From positions 320,001 through 384,000 of the forward strand of contig CAVYNY010000010.1 in NCBI GenBank assembly GCA_963769935.1: a DNA stretch of 64,000 nt, given 5' to 3'. A model generated the notes under the pieces. It searched no databases and had not been told where the DNA came from. It saw only the letters and a list, made by a program, of their open reading frames with translations. A program made the translations under genes and the position numbers. Positions 28,804 through 38,686 of the stretch are shown piece by piece. Each line of letters starts with the position of its first letter. Positions within the stretch are counted from its first letter, which is position 1. This stretch comes from an uncultured delta proteobacterium (GTDB lineage Bacteria > Desulfobacterota > Desulfobacteria > Desulfobacterales > JAFDCJ01).

Positions 28804-30755
28804 TAGCAAATCGATTTATAATCACATTGCTGTCGGCGGCAGGCGTATTCATTGTTTTATTGTTCGGTTCCCAGACCCAAGCGACGGATAAAGAAAATTG
28901 CCTTATGTGCCACCGGCATCGATTCATCGGCCGAATCGATGCCAACGGCAAACGCTGGAATTATAATGTTGATGAAATCCTTTACAACAAAAGTGTCCAC
29001 AGACTCGTCGAGTGCCGGGAGTGTCATACTTACATTACCAGGATTCCCCATGATCCGGTAACCCAGCTGGTCAATTGTGGGAACCAGTGCCATATCAAAC
29101 CGCCCTTTGCTCAGAAAAAATTTTCCCATCAAAAAATTATCGGACTATACAACCAAAGCGTCCACGGCATCAAACCCCAGGACCTGGACATATTAAAGCA
29201 TTCCAAGCCCTACTGCAAATACTGTCATCAGAACCCCCTGTACACCGGCATCCCCGAAAAGCTCGTGCCCTTCGAGCAAACCGTCAGCCGCTGCTATAAC
29301 TGCCATTCGCCGGTCGACGTCACCCAGGCCTTTCGGCATATCGCGCATCGACTTCGCAAGCGGACCTCCCGCTCACCGCAACAAATCGTGCAATTGTGTT
29401 CACAATGCCACGGGGACGCCAACTTAATGAAAAATCTGAAGGTTGCGCCAATGGTATTGAAGGCCGTAAAAACCTATAATCAATCCATTCACGGTGAGTT
29501 GGTGCGGTTGGGTTCCAGGCAGGCGGCCGACTGCCTGGCCTGTCATGCCTCCAGTGAGCTGCATGATATATTTAAGGAAGACAACCCTAAGGCCACCATT
29601 TATAAAGACAACCTCGCCAAAACCTGCAAGCAGTGCCACAAAAGCACCAATCCCTGGTTTATACGAATCGCGGTTCATCCGGGAATGCACCAGGAAGCAA
29701 ACCCGGTCGTTGCCGGAACGAGCATGGCATTCAGATTCATCTTGTACGGCGCTGTTTTAGGTATGCTGGGCCTTTTGCTGTTGGAGACGATCGGCCGGCA
29801 TAAAGACGGCATCAAACTGGTGCTGAAAAACGGCACGACCTGGCGCAGGAAAGCAAATCACAGCCCCGATGAGCAAATAAGCAAAACAGACCGGCCGGCA
29901 GGGTCCGCTATATTAAATCAGCCCTTGATATCCTACGCCATCGGATCCATTTTTATCGTGCTGTCACTTGCGGTCCTGGCAGGTATTATTTACCATCTTA
30001 CCATCTCCTCCCACGGCCCCGGCCTGTTGAAACCTTTTTGGGATGAATATGTGGCGCCACCCAAATCGGAAATTATTGATGAAGCCCGGCGTCAAGAAGA
30101 GATGGAAAAACACAGACATTTTCATATTATTGCCCCTGAATACCCGCGATGGCCCGAGAAATTACGTCCTGTTTGTTTTATATGCCATTCCGACTTTCCC
30201 CATAGTAAAAATAAACGGACCCGGAGTTTGATGAATCTTCATACCCAATTTTTAGTATGTGAAACCTGCCATATCAAGGAGAAGCCGGGAGCGGTCGTGG
30301 TTTACCGGTGGTATGACCCGCTTGAAAAAAATCCAAAAGGTCCTTTTTACGGTACCAGCTATGATCCGCAAACTGAAAGCCTTTCAAGGGGAAAAAATCT
30401 GATGGCCAGAATCGCGCCTTTTAGAAAAATGAACAATACCGGCAAGTTTAAGCCGGAGATCCTGCAGCAGGATGCACCGCTGGCCAGAGACTATATGAAA
30501 GTAAGGGATAAACTCAGCCCCGAAGAGCGGGGGGTCATCAAGAACAAATTTCATGAAAACGTCAAGCCCAAAGGATTCGATTGTAAAAAGTGTCACTCGG
30601 AAAATAGTATTCTTGATTTCAAGAAACTGGGCTTTGCCGACAACCGGGCTTCAAATTTGGAAAAGCTGAGTGTCGTGGGTATGCTGTCCGAATACAAAGA
30701 ATTTTACATACCGGAGTTTTTTTCCGAACCGGGAACCGAGGGTATCGAAAAGTAA
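28800..30755 (+). CDS. 11-heme cytochrome c, a fusion paralogue of 25816-26910 and 27970-28803
   Basis: CLMCH, CRECH, CGNQCH, CKYCH, CYNCH, CSQCH, CLACH, CKQCH, two TM helices, then CFICH, CETCH, CKKCH. Confidence 0.92.
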   Translation: MIANRFIITLLSAAGVFIVLLFGSQTQATDKENCLMCHRHRFIGRIDANGKRWNYNVDEILYNKSVHRLVECRECHTYITRIPHDPVTQLVNCGNQCHIKPPFAQKKFSHQKIIGLYNQSVHGIKPQDLDILKHSKPYCKYCHQNPLYTGIPEKLVPFEQTVSRCYNCHSPVDVTQAFRHIAHRLRKRTSRSPQQIVQLCSQCHGDANLMKNLKVAPMVLKAVKTYNQSIHGELVRLGSRQAADCLACHASSELHDIFKEDNPKATIYKDNLAKTCKQCHKSTNPWFIRIAVHPGMHQEANPVVAGTSMAFRFILYGAVLGMLGLLLLETIGRHKDGIKLVLKNGTTWRRKANHSPDEQISKTDRPAGSAILNQPLISYAIGSIFIVLSLAVLAGIIYHLTISSHGPGLLKPFWDEYVAPPKSEIIDEARRQEEMEKHRHFHIIAPEYPRWPEKLRPVCFICHSDFPHSKNKRTRSLMNLHTQFLVCETCHIKEKPGAVVVYRWYDPLEKNPKGPFYGTSYDPQTESLSRGKNLMARIAPFRKMNNTGKFKPEILQQDAPLARDYMKVRDKLSPEERGVIKNKFHENVKPKGFDCKKCHSENSILDFKKLGFADNRASNLEKLSVVGMLSEYKEFYIPEFFSEPGTEGIEK

Positions 30756-30858
30756 AGAATCCTGGCATAGAGGACCAGGTTTTCGATGATAGAATTAATG
30801 GAAACGGCGGAAAAATTGATGAATTTGTGCTTCACCAGCTTTCCGATAATGCCTTGGG

Positions 30859-31782
30859 CTACCGCAATCCCAGCCGTTGCGCGGCCATGGTCGCTGCACC
30901 GATCATGCCGGTATCGTTACCGAACCTGGCCAGCAGCACATGGGCATTGCGGTATAGCATCGGCCAGGTGAAAACCGGAAGATGACGGCGTACCGCTTCC
31001 AGTAAAGGGTTCCCGGCTTTCGAAATGCCGCCACCGATGATGCAGGCTTCCAGGTTCAACAGATTGATCATGATCCCGAAAGCCTGAGCGATGTATCGGG
31101 CAAGCCTGTCGACAGTTGCAGCAGCTGCCGGCTCCCCCTTCGCTGCCTGATAAAAAATATCCCGGGGCGAAATTCCCATCGACGGCCGTTTGTTTTCAGA
31201 GCCATAAATTTCGACGATTCCGGATGCGCTGGCCAGCCGCTCGAATGTGCCGGGAATGCCGCTGTAATTAACCGGTCCAGCCGGATCCAGACAAATGGCG
31301 CCGATTTCCGGCGGAAGACCATCACGGCCGGTGACCACCCGGCGGTCGACTACCACCCCACCGCCGATTCCGGTGCCGAGCGTAATCAGCACAAAATTGT
31401 CGAATCGGCGTCCGGCCCCAAACAGAAGCTCCCCGCTCGCCGCACAGGTGCCGTCATTGTCGATAAAGGCCGGCAGCCGGAGGCGGTCGCCAAGTGCGGC
31501 GGGAAGCGATCGGCCTTTTAACACCGGCAAATTATGCGTGCCGTCAATCAAAACACCACTGTCGGGCCGCGCGTAACCGGGCGTTGAGATACCCACCGCC
31601 GTCAGCTCGACCTGCGCAGAAGTTTGCAGGATCTGAACGGAGTCACAGACGCTGTCCAGGAGGTCTTCAAAAGGTTTCTTCGGATTGAAGGCCATTTCTG
31701 TTTTGGACATTACGGTTCCGCCTGCGCTAATCAAGCCGATTTTTACCGCCGTGCCTCCGAAATCCAGACCTGCAATGATCAT
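30859..31782 (-). CDS. ROK family sugar kinase
   Basis: GLDFGGT, IDNDG, TLGTGIGGG, IIGGGIS, GMIGAA. Confidence 0.88.
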   Translation of the reverse strand: MIIAGLDFGGTAVKIGLISAGGTVMSKTEMAFNPKKPFEDLLDSVCDSVQILQTSAQVELTAVGISTPGYARPDSGVLIDGTHNLPVLKGRSLPAALGDRLRLPAFIDNDGTCAASGELLFGAGRRFDNFVLITLGTGIGGGVVVDRRVVTGRDGLPPEIGAICLDPAGPVNYSGIPGTFERLASASGIVEIYGSENKRPSMGISPRDIFYQAAKGEPAAAATVDRLARYIAQAFGIMINLLNLEACIIGGGISKAGNPLLEAVRRHLPVFTWPMLYRNAHVLLARFGNDTGMIGAATMAAQRLGLR

Positions 31783-32816
31783 CAGTCAACCCCGCTGGTC
31801 TTGATCTGCAATTTTTTTGAAAGATTCGGGTATCTCATTTTTTCCGGCACTCTTCCCTTTTGTTTTGCCAGGTGCCACGCCAGCAGTTGAAAAGGCACAA
31901 TCGCAGGGATAAGATCCAATTCCGCCAAAGGATCGGTTCGCGGCCATGGCAATTGCAGATCGTGAATGGATAAAGGCTTGCCGGCGAGATTCAGAATCCG
32001 CACTGCAACACCCAGGTCTGACAGCACGTTGGCGCCGGTCAAAGCCAGGTCATACTGCCGTGAGGACGCGGCAACAAACAATGCCAGGCTTACGGGGCTG
32101 AGCCCGTGAAAACGTCCGTGAAATGATTCCTCGGTATCAAAGGCCGCCGCGGCCACACCGCTCATCTCCGAAATTTTCAAAGACCCTTCCAGCGCAGTGC
32201 CCAAGTGCCGCTCCTGCCCCAGCACCATGATGAAATCGGTCCGGGCGCAGGCTTCCGCCAGATCGCAGATCACGGGATCGCACTGCTCAATCAAATGCGC
32301 GAGTTCGCTCGGAAACTGCGGGGCCTGCAATTTGCGCCCGGCCATTGCCAGCACCAAAAGCAACAGGCACAAGACGCTGGCCGTATATCCCTTTGTTTTG
32401 GGGCCGACGTCTTCGGGGCCCACCGGCAGCAACAGTATATTATCGGATACCGCTGTAATTGGGCTGTCTTTTTCAGCGGTGAGGGTCAGAGTCCGCATGC
32501 CACACCTTCGGGCATGTTCAAGCGCCGCGATGGTCGTCTTGCTGGCACCGGACTGCGAGAGAATGACCGCCAGGCAATTCCCGTCGGGCTTTTCGACCGT
32601 CCCGCTCATAAAGGCAAGCGGCCCGTTGATCCGAATCCGTGCTGCCAGCAGCATTTGTATAAGGGGTTTCGCCGCGGTCAGCGCATTCAGCGAAGTACCC
32701 GACCCAACCAGATAGATGGTGTCGGCGGGTGCGATCTCAGGCAGGACCTCCGGTATCGTCTGCAAAACGGTGTCGACAACCTGCGGTTGCTCATAAATAA
32801 AGGTCTTGATGTTCAT
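31782..32816 (-). CDS. SIS-domain sugar-phosphate isomerase / deaminase / deglycase (GlmS-C / AgaS / FrlB-like)
   Basis: IYEQP, GSGTS, SQSG, TKGYT, EGSLKISE, EESFHG. Confidence 0.85.
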   Translation of the reverse strand: MNIKTFIYEQPQVVDTVLQTIPEVLPEIAPADTIYLVGSGTSLNALTAAKPLIQMLLAARIRINGPLAFMSGTVEKPDGNCLAVILSQSGASKTTIAALEHARRCGMRTLTLTAEKDSPITAVSDNILLLPVGPEDVGPKTKGYTASVLCLLLLVLAMAGRKLQAPQFPSELAHLIEQCDPVICDLAEACARTDFIMVLGQERHLGTALEGSLKISEMSGVAAAAFDTEESFHGRFHGLSPVSLALFVAASSRQYDLALTGANVLSDLGVAVRILNLAGKPLSIHDLQLPWPRTDPLAELDLIPAIVPFQLLAWHLAKQKGRVPEKMRYPNLSKKLQIKTSGVD

Positions 32817-32821
32817 CCCGC

Positions 32822-33676
32822 TTATCCTTTGATGCCGCCTTCACCCCGTCCCTGCCTGAAATACCTCTGCATAACGGCGAAGGGAACAATGATCGGCAGG
32901 CTCAGCAAAATTGCCGCCGCCATCAGGCGTCCGTAATCAATCTGGTGCTGACCCAGGAAGAAAAACAGAATCACCGGGGCGGTCTGGGCCGCCGGCGTCG
33001 TGGTGTACAACAGCGCAAAAATATATTCCTGCCAGGCAAGTACGAATGCGAAAAGTCCTGCGGTAATAATACCCGGAATTGACATCCGCAACACGACTTC
33101 AAATATTGTCCGGATGTCACCGCAGCCGTCCACTTTGGCGGCCTCCTCGAGTTCACGCGGGATATTGCGGAAGGTGGTGGAAATCATCCAGGTACAGATC
33201 GGCAGGGTTACCGACAGATAGGCAAAGACCAGGCCCGATATCGTATTCAAGAGCTTTAATTTTGACAGGATAATGTAGAAAGGAACGAAAAAAATCATCG
33301 GGGGGAAAAACTGGGAACTCAAAATACCGACCAGGATGCCTTTTCCCCCAGGGGCCCGCAAGCGTGTCAAGCCATAGGCCGCCGGGATCGAAAGCAACAG
33401 ACTGATAAATGTCACCAGGCCGGAAACCAGCAGGCTGTTTTCCAATGACGCCAGAAACCTGGGATCTTCCAAAACGCCCGCATACTGTTTCAGCGTCCAG
33501 TTGTGGGTGAACCACTTCAGCGGATACGTGAAAAACTCTTCGATGGGCTTAAAGCTGGTCAGGCCCATCCATAGATAAGGAAAAATAACGACCATCGCCG
33601 CACAGACAAGAAAAAAATAGGTCAGGCCCAATGTCAGGTTTTTTCTCTGGTGATGAGATGCAATCAGGCGCGCCAT
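32822..33676 (-). CDS. Carbohydrate ABC transporter permease (MalG-like)
   Basis: IPRELEEAAKVDG EAA loop, FVLAWQEY, DYGRLMAA. Confidence 0.9.
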   Translation of the reverse strand: MARLIASHHQRKNLTLGLTYFFLVCAAMVVIFPYLWMGLTSFKPIEEFFTYPLKWFTHNWTLKQYAGVLEDPRFLASLENSLLVSGLVTFISLLLSIPAAYGLTRLRAPGGKGILVGILSSQFFPPMIFFVPFYIILSKLKLLNTISGLVFAYLSVTLPICTWMISTTFRNIPRELEEAAKVDGCGDIRTIFEVVLRMSIPGIITAGLFAFVLAWQEYIFALLYTTTPAAQTAPVILFFFLGQHQIDYGRLMAAAILLSLPIIVPFAVMQRYFRQGRGEGGIKG

Positions 33677-33677
33677 C

Positions 33678-34549
33678 TCAATCTCTCTCCACAACGCGCA
33701 GATACAGGACGATGACCAGAAGTATCTGGGCAAATAAAATAAGCGACGCGGCTGCCGCGGCACCGAAATCAAATGCATCGAATGCCTGTTTGAATATAAA
33801 CAGTCCTAATATCTCGGTCGCCCGCAGCGGTCCGCCCCGGTCATGATAATGGGCAGGGTAAAGGAGTTGTAGGCCCAGATTGTCGACAGGAGCACCGCGG
33901 TCGACATGGCCGGCAATATGGTCGGAAAAACCACCATCTTGAAAATTTGCCGGCGGTTGGCGCCATCGACCCTGGCGGCCGCGACCAACTCGGTTGAGAC
34001 ATCCTGCAGGCCGGCAAACAGGGTAATCATCACGAGCGGAAAAAACTTCCACGTGTTGGCAAGAATCAAAGACATCTGGGCGAGTTTGGGAGACGCCGAC
34101 CAGGCAATGGGGTTCTCGATCAATCCCAGCCGCAGCAGGATGTCATTGAGCACACCCAGCTGGGGATGATAGATCCATAAAAACAGGATCGCCACAACCA
34201 CGAAGGAAGAAATCCAGGGAATCAGCAAAATTCCGGTAAACAAACCCCGGAAATGAATGATCGAATTGAGCGCCAGCGCAATTGCGAGTCCAATCACCAG
34301 CTGAAGGGAGACATTGCCGATGACCCAGAACAGCGTCACTTTAAGGGAGTTCCAGAAATAGGCCGATCCCAAAAGCTTGGCAAAATTTTGCAGCCCTACG
34401 AACTCCCAGGAGTTGCGCATAAAGTTATGTTTGAAAAAGGCGATCCCCAGGTTGTGGACCACCGGAAAAAGCACGGCCAGGGCCAGGACCACCAACAGGG
34501 GGGCGGCAAATAGATAACCCTTGATATACTTGGTACGACCCTTTAACAT
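33678..34549 (-). pseudogene. Carbohydrate ABC permease (MalF-like) split by a 1-nt frameshift (real or sequencing error)
   Basis: FVGLQNF..AARVDGA..IIMTG continues as GGPLRATEIL..FDFGAAAA in another frame. One G is missing in the run at about 33835-33838. Confidence 0.8.
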
Positions 34550-34622
34550 AAGTTACATACTGCCGCGACCATAGCCGAAGCCTTAGAAGTGATTGAAAAA
34601 TAGATTGTCGAAAGGCTCGATA

Positions 34623-34778
34623 ACTCCGAAACTCGAAGCACGAATTCTGAAACAAATAAGAATTCTTAATGACCGAATTTTCAAAACTGAAATAAGGGAT
34701 GGGATTCTTGATGTTTTGAGATTTTGAATTTTTGCCATTTGAGATTGTTTCGGATTTCGATATTCGGATTTCGAATTT
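34623..34778. repeat. Intergenic imperfect inverted repeat of 7-bp-period units
   Basis: actccgaaactcgaagcacgaattctgaaacaaat faces tttgagattgtttcggatttcgatattcggatttcgaattt. Confidence 0.75.
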
Positions 34779-34845
34779 GGTGTTGACCTTTAAAAAAACA
34801 ACGGTTCACCAGTCTCTCACCCTCGAAGGTAGATACCGTCTTTCA

Positions 34846-35880
34846 TCAATCAAGGCGTTCCCATTTTCCCGACCGACTCGACGCGTAAGCTTTGTCAATG
34901 ATGCGGTTGACCTCGAGGCCATCTTCAAAGGTCAGCATGGGAGTCGACTGATTGCGGATACAGTCCACAAAATGTTCGATTTCACCGAAATATCCATAAC
35001 GCCGATATTCCTCCACGGTCGGAAACAGCCATCCCTGATCGTGTTCGGCCTTCTCGGTAAAGTATTTATCGGTTTTTTGTTTTGAAAAAACCTTGATGGG
35101 TTGCGACAGACCGGAGCGATCGTAAGCGATCATGCCTTCGTCACCCCAAACCTCAAAATCGACCGCCATTCCGCCGCGCTGGGTCCAGCTGGCCTCAACC
35201 TGCCCCACCAGCCGGTCGCCGTATCGAATCAATGCCAGCGCGTTGTCGTCGCAGTCCGTGTCATGGTAAAGCGTGGGGGTGTGGGCAAAAACTGCTTCGG
35301 CTTTCTGTCGGCTGATATAGTTAAATGCGCCGATCAAGTGACACCCCATGTCCAGCAGAGCTCCCCCACCGGAATACTTGTGCTGATAAAACCAGGCAGA
35401 ATGGGGACCGAAGTGCCCTTCCCGCCCCCGCATCCAAAGCGGGGTGCCGATGATCCCCCGATCAATGACCGACAAGATTTCCTGCATGTCGATTGTGAAC
35501 AACAGGTTTTCACCATAACAGTGCGTGATATTGGCGGATTCGGCCGCAGCAAGCATGGCCCGGGCTTCATCGGCCGTGCGACCGAGGGGTTTCTCACAGA
35601 TGATATGTTTGCCAGCCTCGGCCGCCTGAATCGCCGATTCCAGGTGCAGATGATTGGGCAGACACAGGTCCACGGCTTCGAACTCTGCACCGCCCAGCAG
35701 CTCTTCGAAAGAGGTGGCAGCAAATCCGATGCGGTTGGCAGCGGCGAATTTCCGGGTTTTTTCCGAATCCCGCCCCAAAACCGCGACAACATCCGCCCCT
35801 TTTAACTGCGCATACACCTGGGTGCGAAATTCAGCGATAAATCCGGTACCTAACATTGCAATTTGAATGTTACGACTCAT
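34846..35880 (-). CDS. Gfo/Idh/MocA family oxidoreductase
   Basis: LGTGFIA, PNHLH, ICEKP, GGGALLDMGCH. Confidence 0.9.
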   Translation of the reverse strand: MSRNIQIAMLGTGFIAEFRTQVYAQLKGADVVAVLGRDSEKTRKFAAANRIGFAATSFEELLGGAEFEAVDLCLPNHLHLESAIQAAEAGKHIICEKPLGRTADEARAMLAAAESANITHCYGENLLFTIDMQEILSVIDRGIIGTPLWMRGREGHFGPHSAWFYQHKYSGGGALLDMGCHLIGAFNYISRQKAEAVFAHTPTLYHDTDCDDNALALIRYGDRLVGQVEASWTQRGGMAVDFEVWGDEGMIAYDRSGLSQPIKVFSKQKTDKYFTEKAEHDQGWLFPTVEEYRRYGYFGEIEHFVDCIRNQSTPMLTFEDGLEVNRIIDKAYASSRSGKWERLD

Positions 35881-36129
35881 TTGAAAACTCCGATGATTCA
35901 AACAGTCCCGGCTTTCGACCCCCTGCCTACTGCAGGCTGTCCGGGGTCGGTGGTCAGGTATTGAAAAATCGTGGTCGGAAATTTGGTTTGCAATAAATTA
36001 GACCTGTCAACGGACCACAGTCGACGGACAACTTTATTCCAACATTCCATTTTATTCCATTGGTTATTATGGAACAACCTCCACCCATCTGGAGTGCAAT
36101 CAAAGCCTGGCCCCCTATACCATGGTTCT

Positions 36130-37359
36130 TTACTTTAATAGCTTATTGATCTGCACGGCAGCGTCGTCGGCCGCTTCCTGGCCGCTTTTTTGCCGGGAAA
36201 GCACCTCTTGCACCGCAACCCCGACGATGTCCGCAATCTCACTGAATTTGTCGGTAATCGGCAGCGGTGCGCCGTATGGAGCGGCTGCCACCCAGGGCTT
36301 CCAACCCTCGGTCTGGAAACGCGGCATGGCGGCCGCCGACTTGCGCCCTGGTATCGTGACCACGCTGCGGGCCATGTTTTCGGGTTTCAAACAGAATTCA
36401 GCAAATTTTTGAGCCTCATCTTTGACTTTGCTGGGAGAAAAAATGACGTAGTACCAGGAGCTCATGACAAAACGCGGTTCTTTGCCCTCCACCTGCGGAA
36501 TCTGCCCGACCGACCAGTGCAAATTGGGGTTCATCTGGCTCAGGGTTCCCCGCGCCCAGGGACCGTCCATCATCATAGCCACCTGGTTGGTCAATAGCAG
36601 CTGCCGCACATCTTTATTGCTGTTTCCCATGGCGGAAGGCTGCGCCACTTTCCATTTGTTTAAAAGATCGCCATAAAACTGCAGGGCGGCAACACCGCCG
36701 GCTTGATTAATGGCGGCCTGCCAGCCATCGGACGTCAAAAAATCACCGTGGAATGCATACAGAATGTTGAGAAAACGGCCGATCAGGGTGGCGTCGTTGG
36801 CGCCAACCATACCAAAGCCGTACTGGCCGGGCTTGGTCAGTTTCTGGGTAGATTCCACGAGCTCTTTCATGGTCTTGGGAAACTCAGCAATGCCCGCCTG
36901 CTTGAACATGTCGACATTGTAGAAAAACATCCAGGGATCGACCCGGTCCGGAATGCCGTAAATTTTGTTGTCAACCGTTGCCGCTATCCAGGGTTTCGCA
37001 TAAAAGTCATTCTTGTCGAGGCTGGCGGCGAAATCCGTCAGATCCGCGAGAAATCCGGCCGCCTGCATTTCCTGCAGCCACCGTCCGCCGACATAGCCTA
37101 TATCCGGTGCATCGCCGGACCGCAGGGATACGATCAGCTTTTGCTTCATCACGGGAAACGGGATGCTGATGAGTTCAATTTTTACACTGGGATTCTGCTT
37201 TTCGTATTCGGCGAATATGCTGGTTACCTCTTTTTCCTGTTCCTTGCTGTCCCAGCCGGGATAGGCGATTTTGATGGTCGTCGCGCCGAAAGCCGCCGGT
37301 GCCGCAATCAAAGATACAAGTACGAAAACAAAGATCATTGCTTTGAATTTACCCCACAT
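36130..37359 (-). CDS. Sugar ABC transporter substrate-binding protein
   Basis: Signal peptide, GDAPDI, IYGIP, FYNVDMF, AMMMDGPW; GGAGG RBS. Confidence 0.9.
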   Translation of the reverse strand: MWGKFKAMIFVFVLVSLIAAPAAFGATTIKIAYPGWDSKEQEKEVTSIFAEYEKQNPSVKIELISIPFPVMKQKLIVSLRSGDAPDIGYVGGRWLQEMQAAGFLADLTDFAASLDKNDFYAKPWIAATVDNKIYGIPDRVDPWMFFYNVDMFKQAGIAEFPKTMKELVESTQKLTKPGQYGFGMVGANDATLIGRFLNILYAFHGDFLTSDGWQAAINQAGGVAALQFYGDLLNKWKVAQPSAMGNSNKDVRQLLLTNQVAMMMDGPWARGTLSQMNPNLHWSVGQIPQVEGKEPRFVMSSWYYVIFSPSKVKDEAQKFAEFCLKPENMARSVVTIPGRKSAAAMPRFQTEGWKPWVAAAPYGAPLPITDKFSEIADIVGVAVQEVLSRQKSGQEAADDAAVQINKLLK

Positions 37360-37438
37360 GGTACCACCTCCTTGTTTTGTCAAAGGGTTAAGATTATACA
37401 GCCGACCGCATCGTTGCGGCTTTTCAGATCACCTCCGG

Positions 37439-38686
37439 CTAAGGGTTGCGTGCAACCACCGGCACATAATTTTCCAGTTCAGCCTGGGGGAATTTGACAA
37501 CTTTTCCCTTTTCCGCTGAATAGTAAAGCGCCATCAGAAGTTCCACCACGGCCAAACCATCATCTAACGTCTCCATGGGGGTCTGCCCTTTGCGGAATGC
37601 ATTCACCATGTGCCGATTTTCGTTGGTATAACCGTAAATGCCCGGTTCATCTTCCAGCACCGGCATCAGACCCTGTTCGGCGTTTTGCTTTTCAACCAGG
37701 TCTTCCCCCTGTTCGCCCTTTACCTCGCGCGAAATAAAAATCTTAAGCCCGGTGTTCAGAGAACTAAACTCCATCGAGTATTCGGGGCCCAGAAGCTCGA
37801 GCTGAATGCGCAGTCCGGCGCCCACATATGCCCAGGATGTGGTTGTTTCAATCATCACCTGCTGGCCTTCGGGATCTTCCAGAACCAGTGTTCCGCGGGC
37901 AAAGTCCTCGGCCGGGCGCTTGCTGTAATCGACTTGCGGGCCCATCATAGCTTTGAGCTTTTCAACATAATGCGGACGGGTCCATTTTAAATTTCCGGTC
38001 GTGGCGTTCACATTGATCACCTTCAACGACGTGCGGGGTTGCCCGGGCTCGGTCAGCAAAAAACGCGCCACTTCAATGCTGTGACACATCATGTCGGAGA
38101 GCACACCGCCGCCCTGACGGCTGCCCATCCAAAACCACGGCTCGTGCGGACCGCTGTGTTCTTCCGCGGCCCGGGCCAGATAGGGGCGGCCGCTGTTCGG
38201 CACGGCCCGGCGCCAGATGATCTCCTTGCCGCGCTGAACGGCCGTTGAAAACAGCTGATTTTCCAGATAGCCGTGATTAAGATTGGCGTCTTTTACCAAC
38301 CGCAGGATTTCGCGCGCCTCCGCAATGGTTCGGGCCATTGGCTTTTCACAGGCCACCCCTAAAAGTGATGCCTTACCCCCGGTCACCAATTCGTGGATCC
38401 GGCGAAAGTGTTCAAGCCGCATATTGTTTGGCCCCGCCACCCAGATCGCATCGATTTCCGGGGACATCACCATGTCATCCAGCGAAGCGAACGCCGTACA
38501 CGGTCCGAGTTCGTTCTTGTCCGCCAGATCCGCGAAGGACTGTCGGTGCGACGCCGTCGGGCTGTATACGCCGGCTATCCGAGCATGCCGGACGCCATGC
38601 ATGGACTGCAAGTGGAATTTGGCAATAAAGCCGCTTCCAATAAAACCAACTCGAAGTGTATCAACCGGAAGGGATTTTGTTGTCAT
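37439..38686 (-). CDS. Gfo/Idh/MocA family oxidoreductase
   Basis: [32 protein letters not shown]. Confidence 0.9.
   Translation of the reverse strand: MTTKSLPVDTLRVGFIGSGFIAKFHLQSMHGVRHARIAGVYSPTASHRQSFADLADKNELGPCTAFASLDDMVMSPEIDAIWVAGPNNMRLEHFRRIHELVTGGKASLLGVACEKPMARTIAEAREILRLVKDANLNHGYLENQLFSTAVQRGKEIIWRRAVPNSGRPYLARAAEEHSGPHEPWFWMGSRQGGGVLSDMMCHSIEVARFLLTEPGQPRTSLKVINVNATTGNLKWTRPHYVEKLKAMMGPQVDYSKRPAEDFARGTLVLEDPEGQQVMIETTTSWAYVGAGLRIQLELLGPEYSMEFSSLNTGLKIFISREVKGEQGEDLVEKQNAEQGLMPVLEDEPGIYGYTNENRHMVNAFRKGQTPMETLDDGLAVVELLMALYYSAEKGKVVKFPQAELENYVPVVARNP

Noticed and set aside
21655..30755. Porin plus multiheme cytochromes as a porin-cytochrome conduit
   Set aside because: The porin is OprB-type, on the opposite strand and separated by two unrelated genes; the cytochromes appear inner-membrane anchored.
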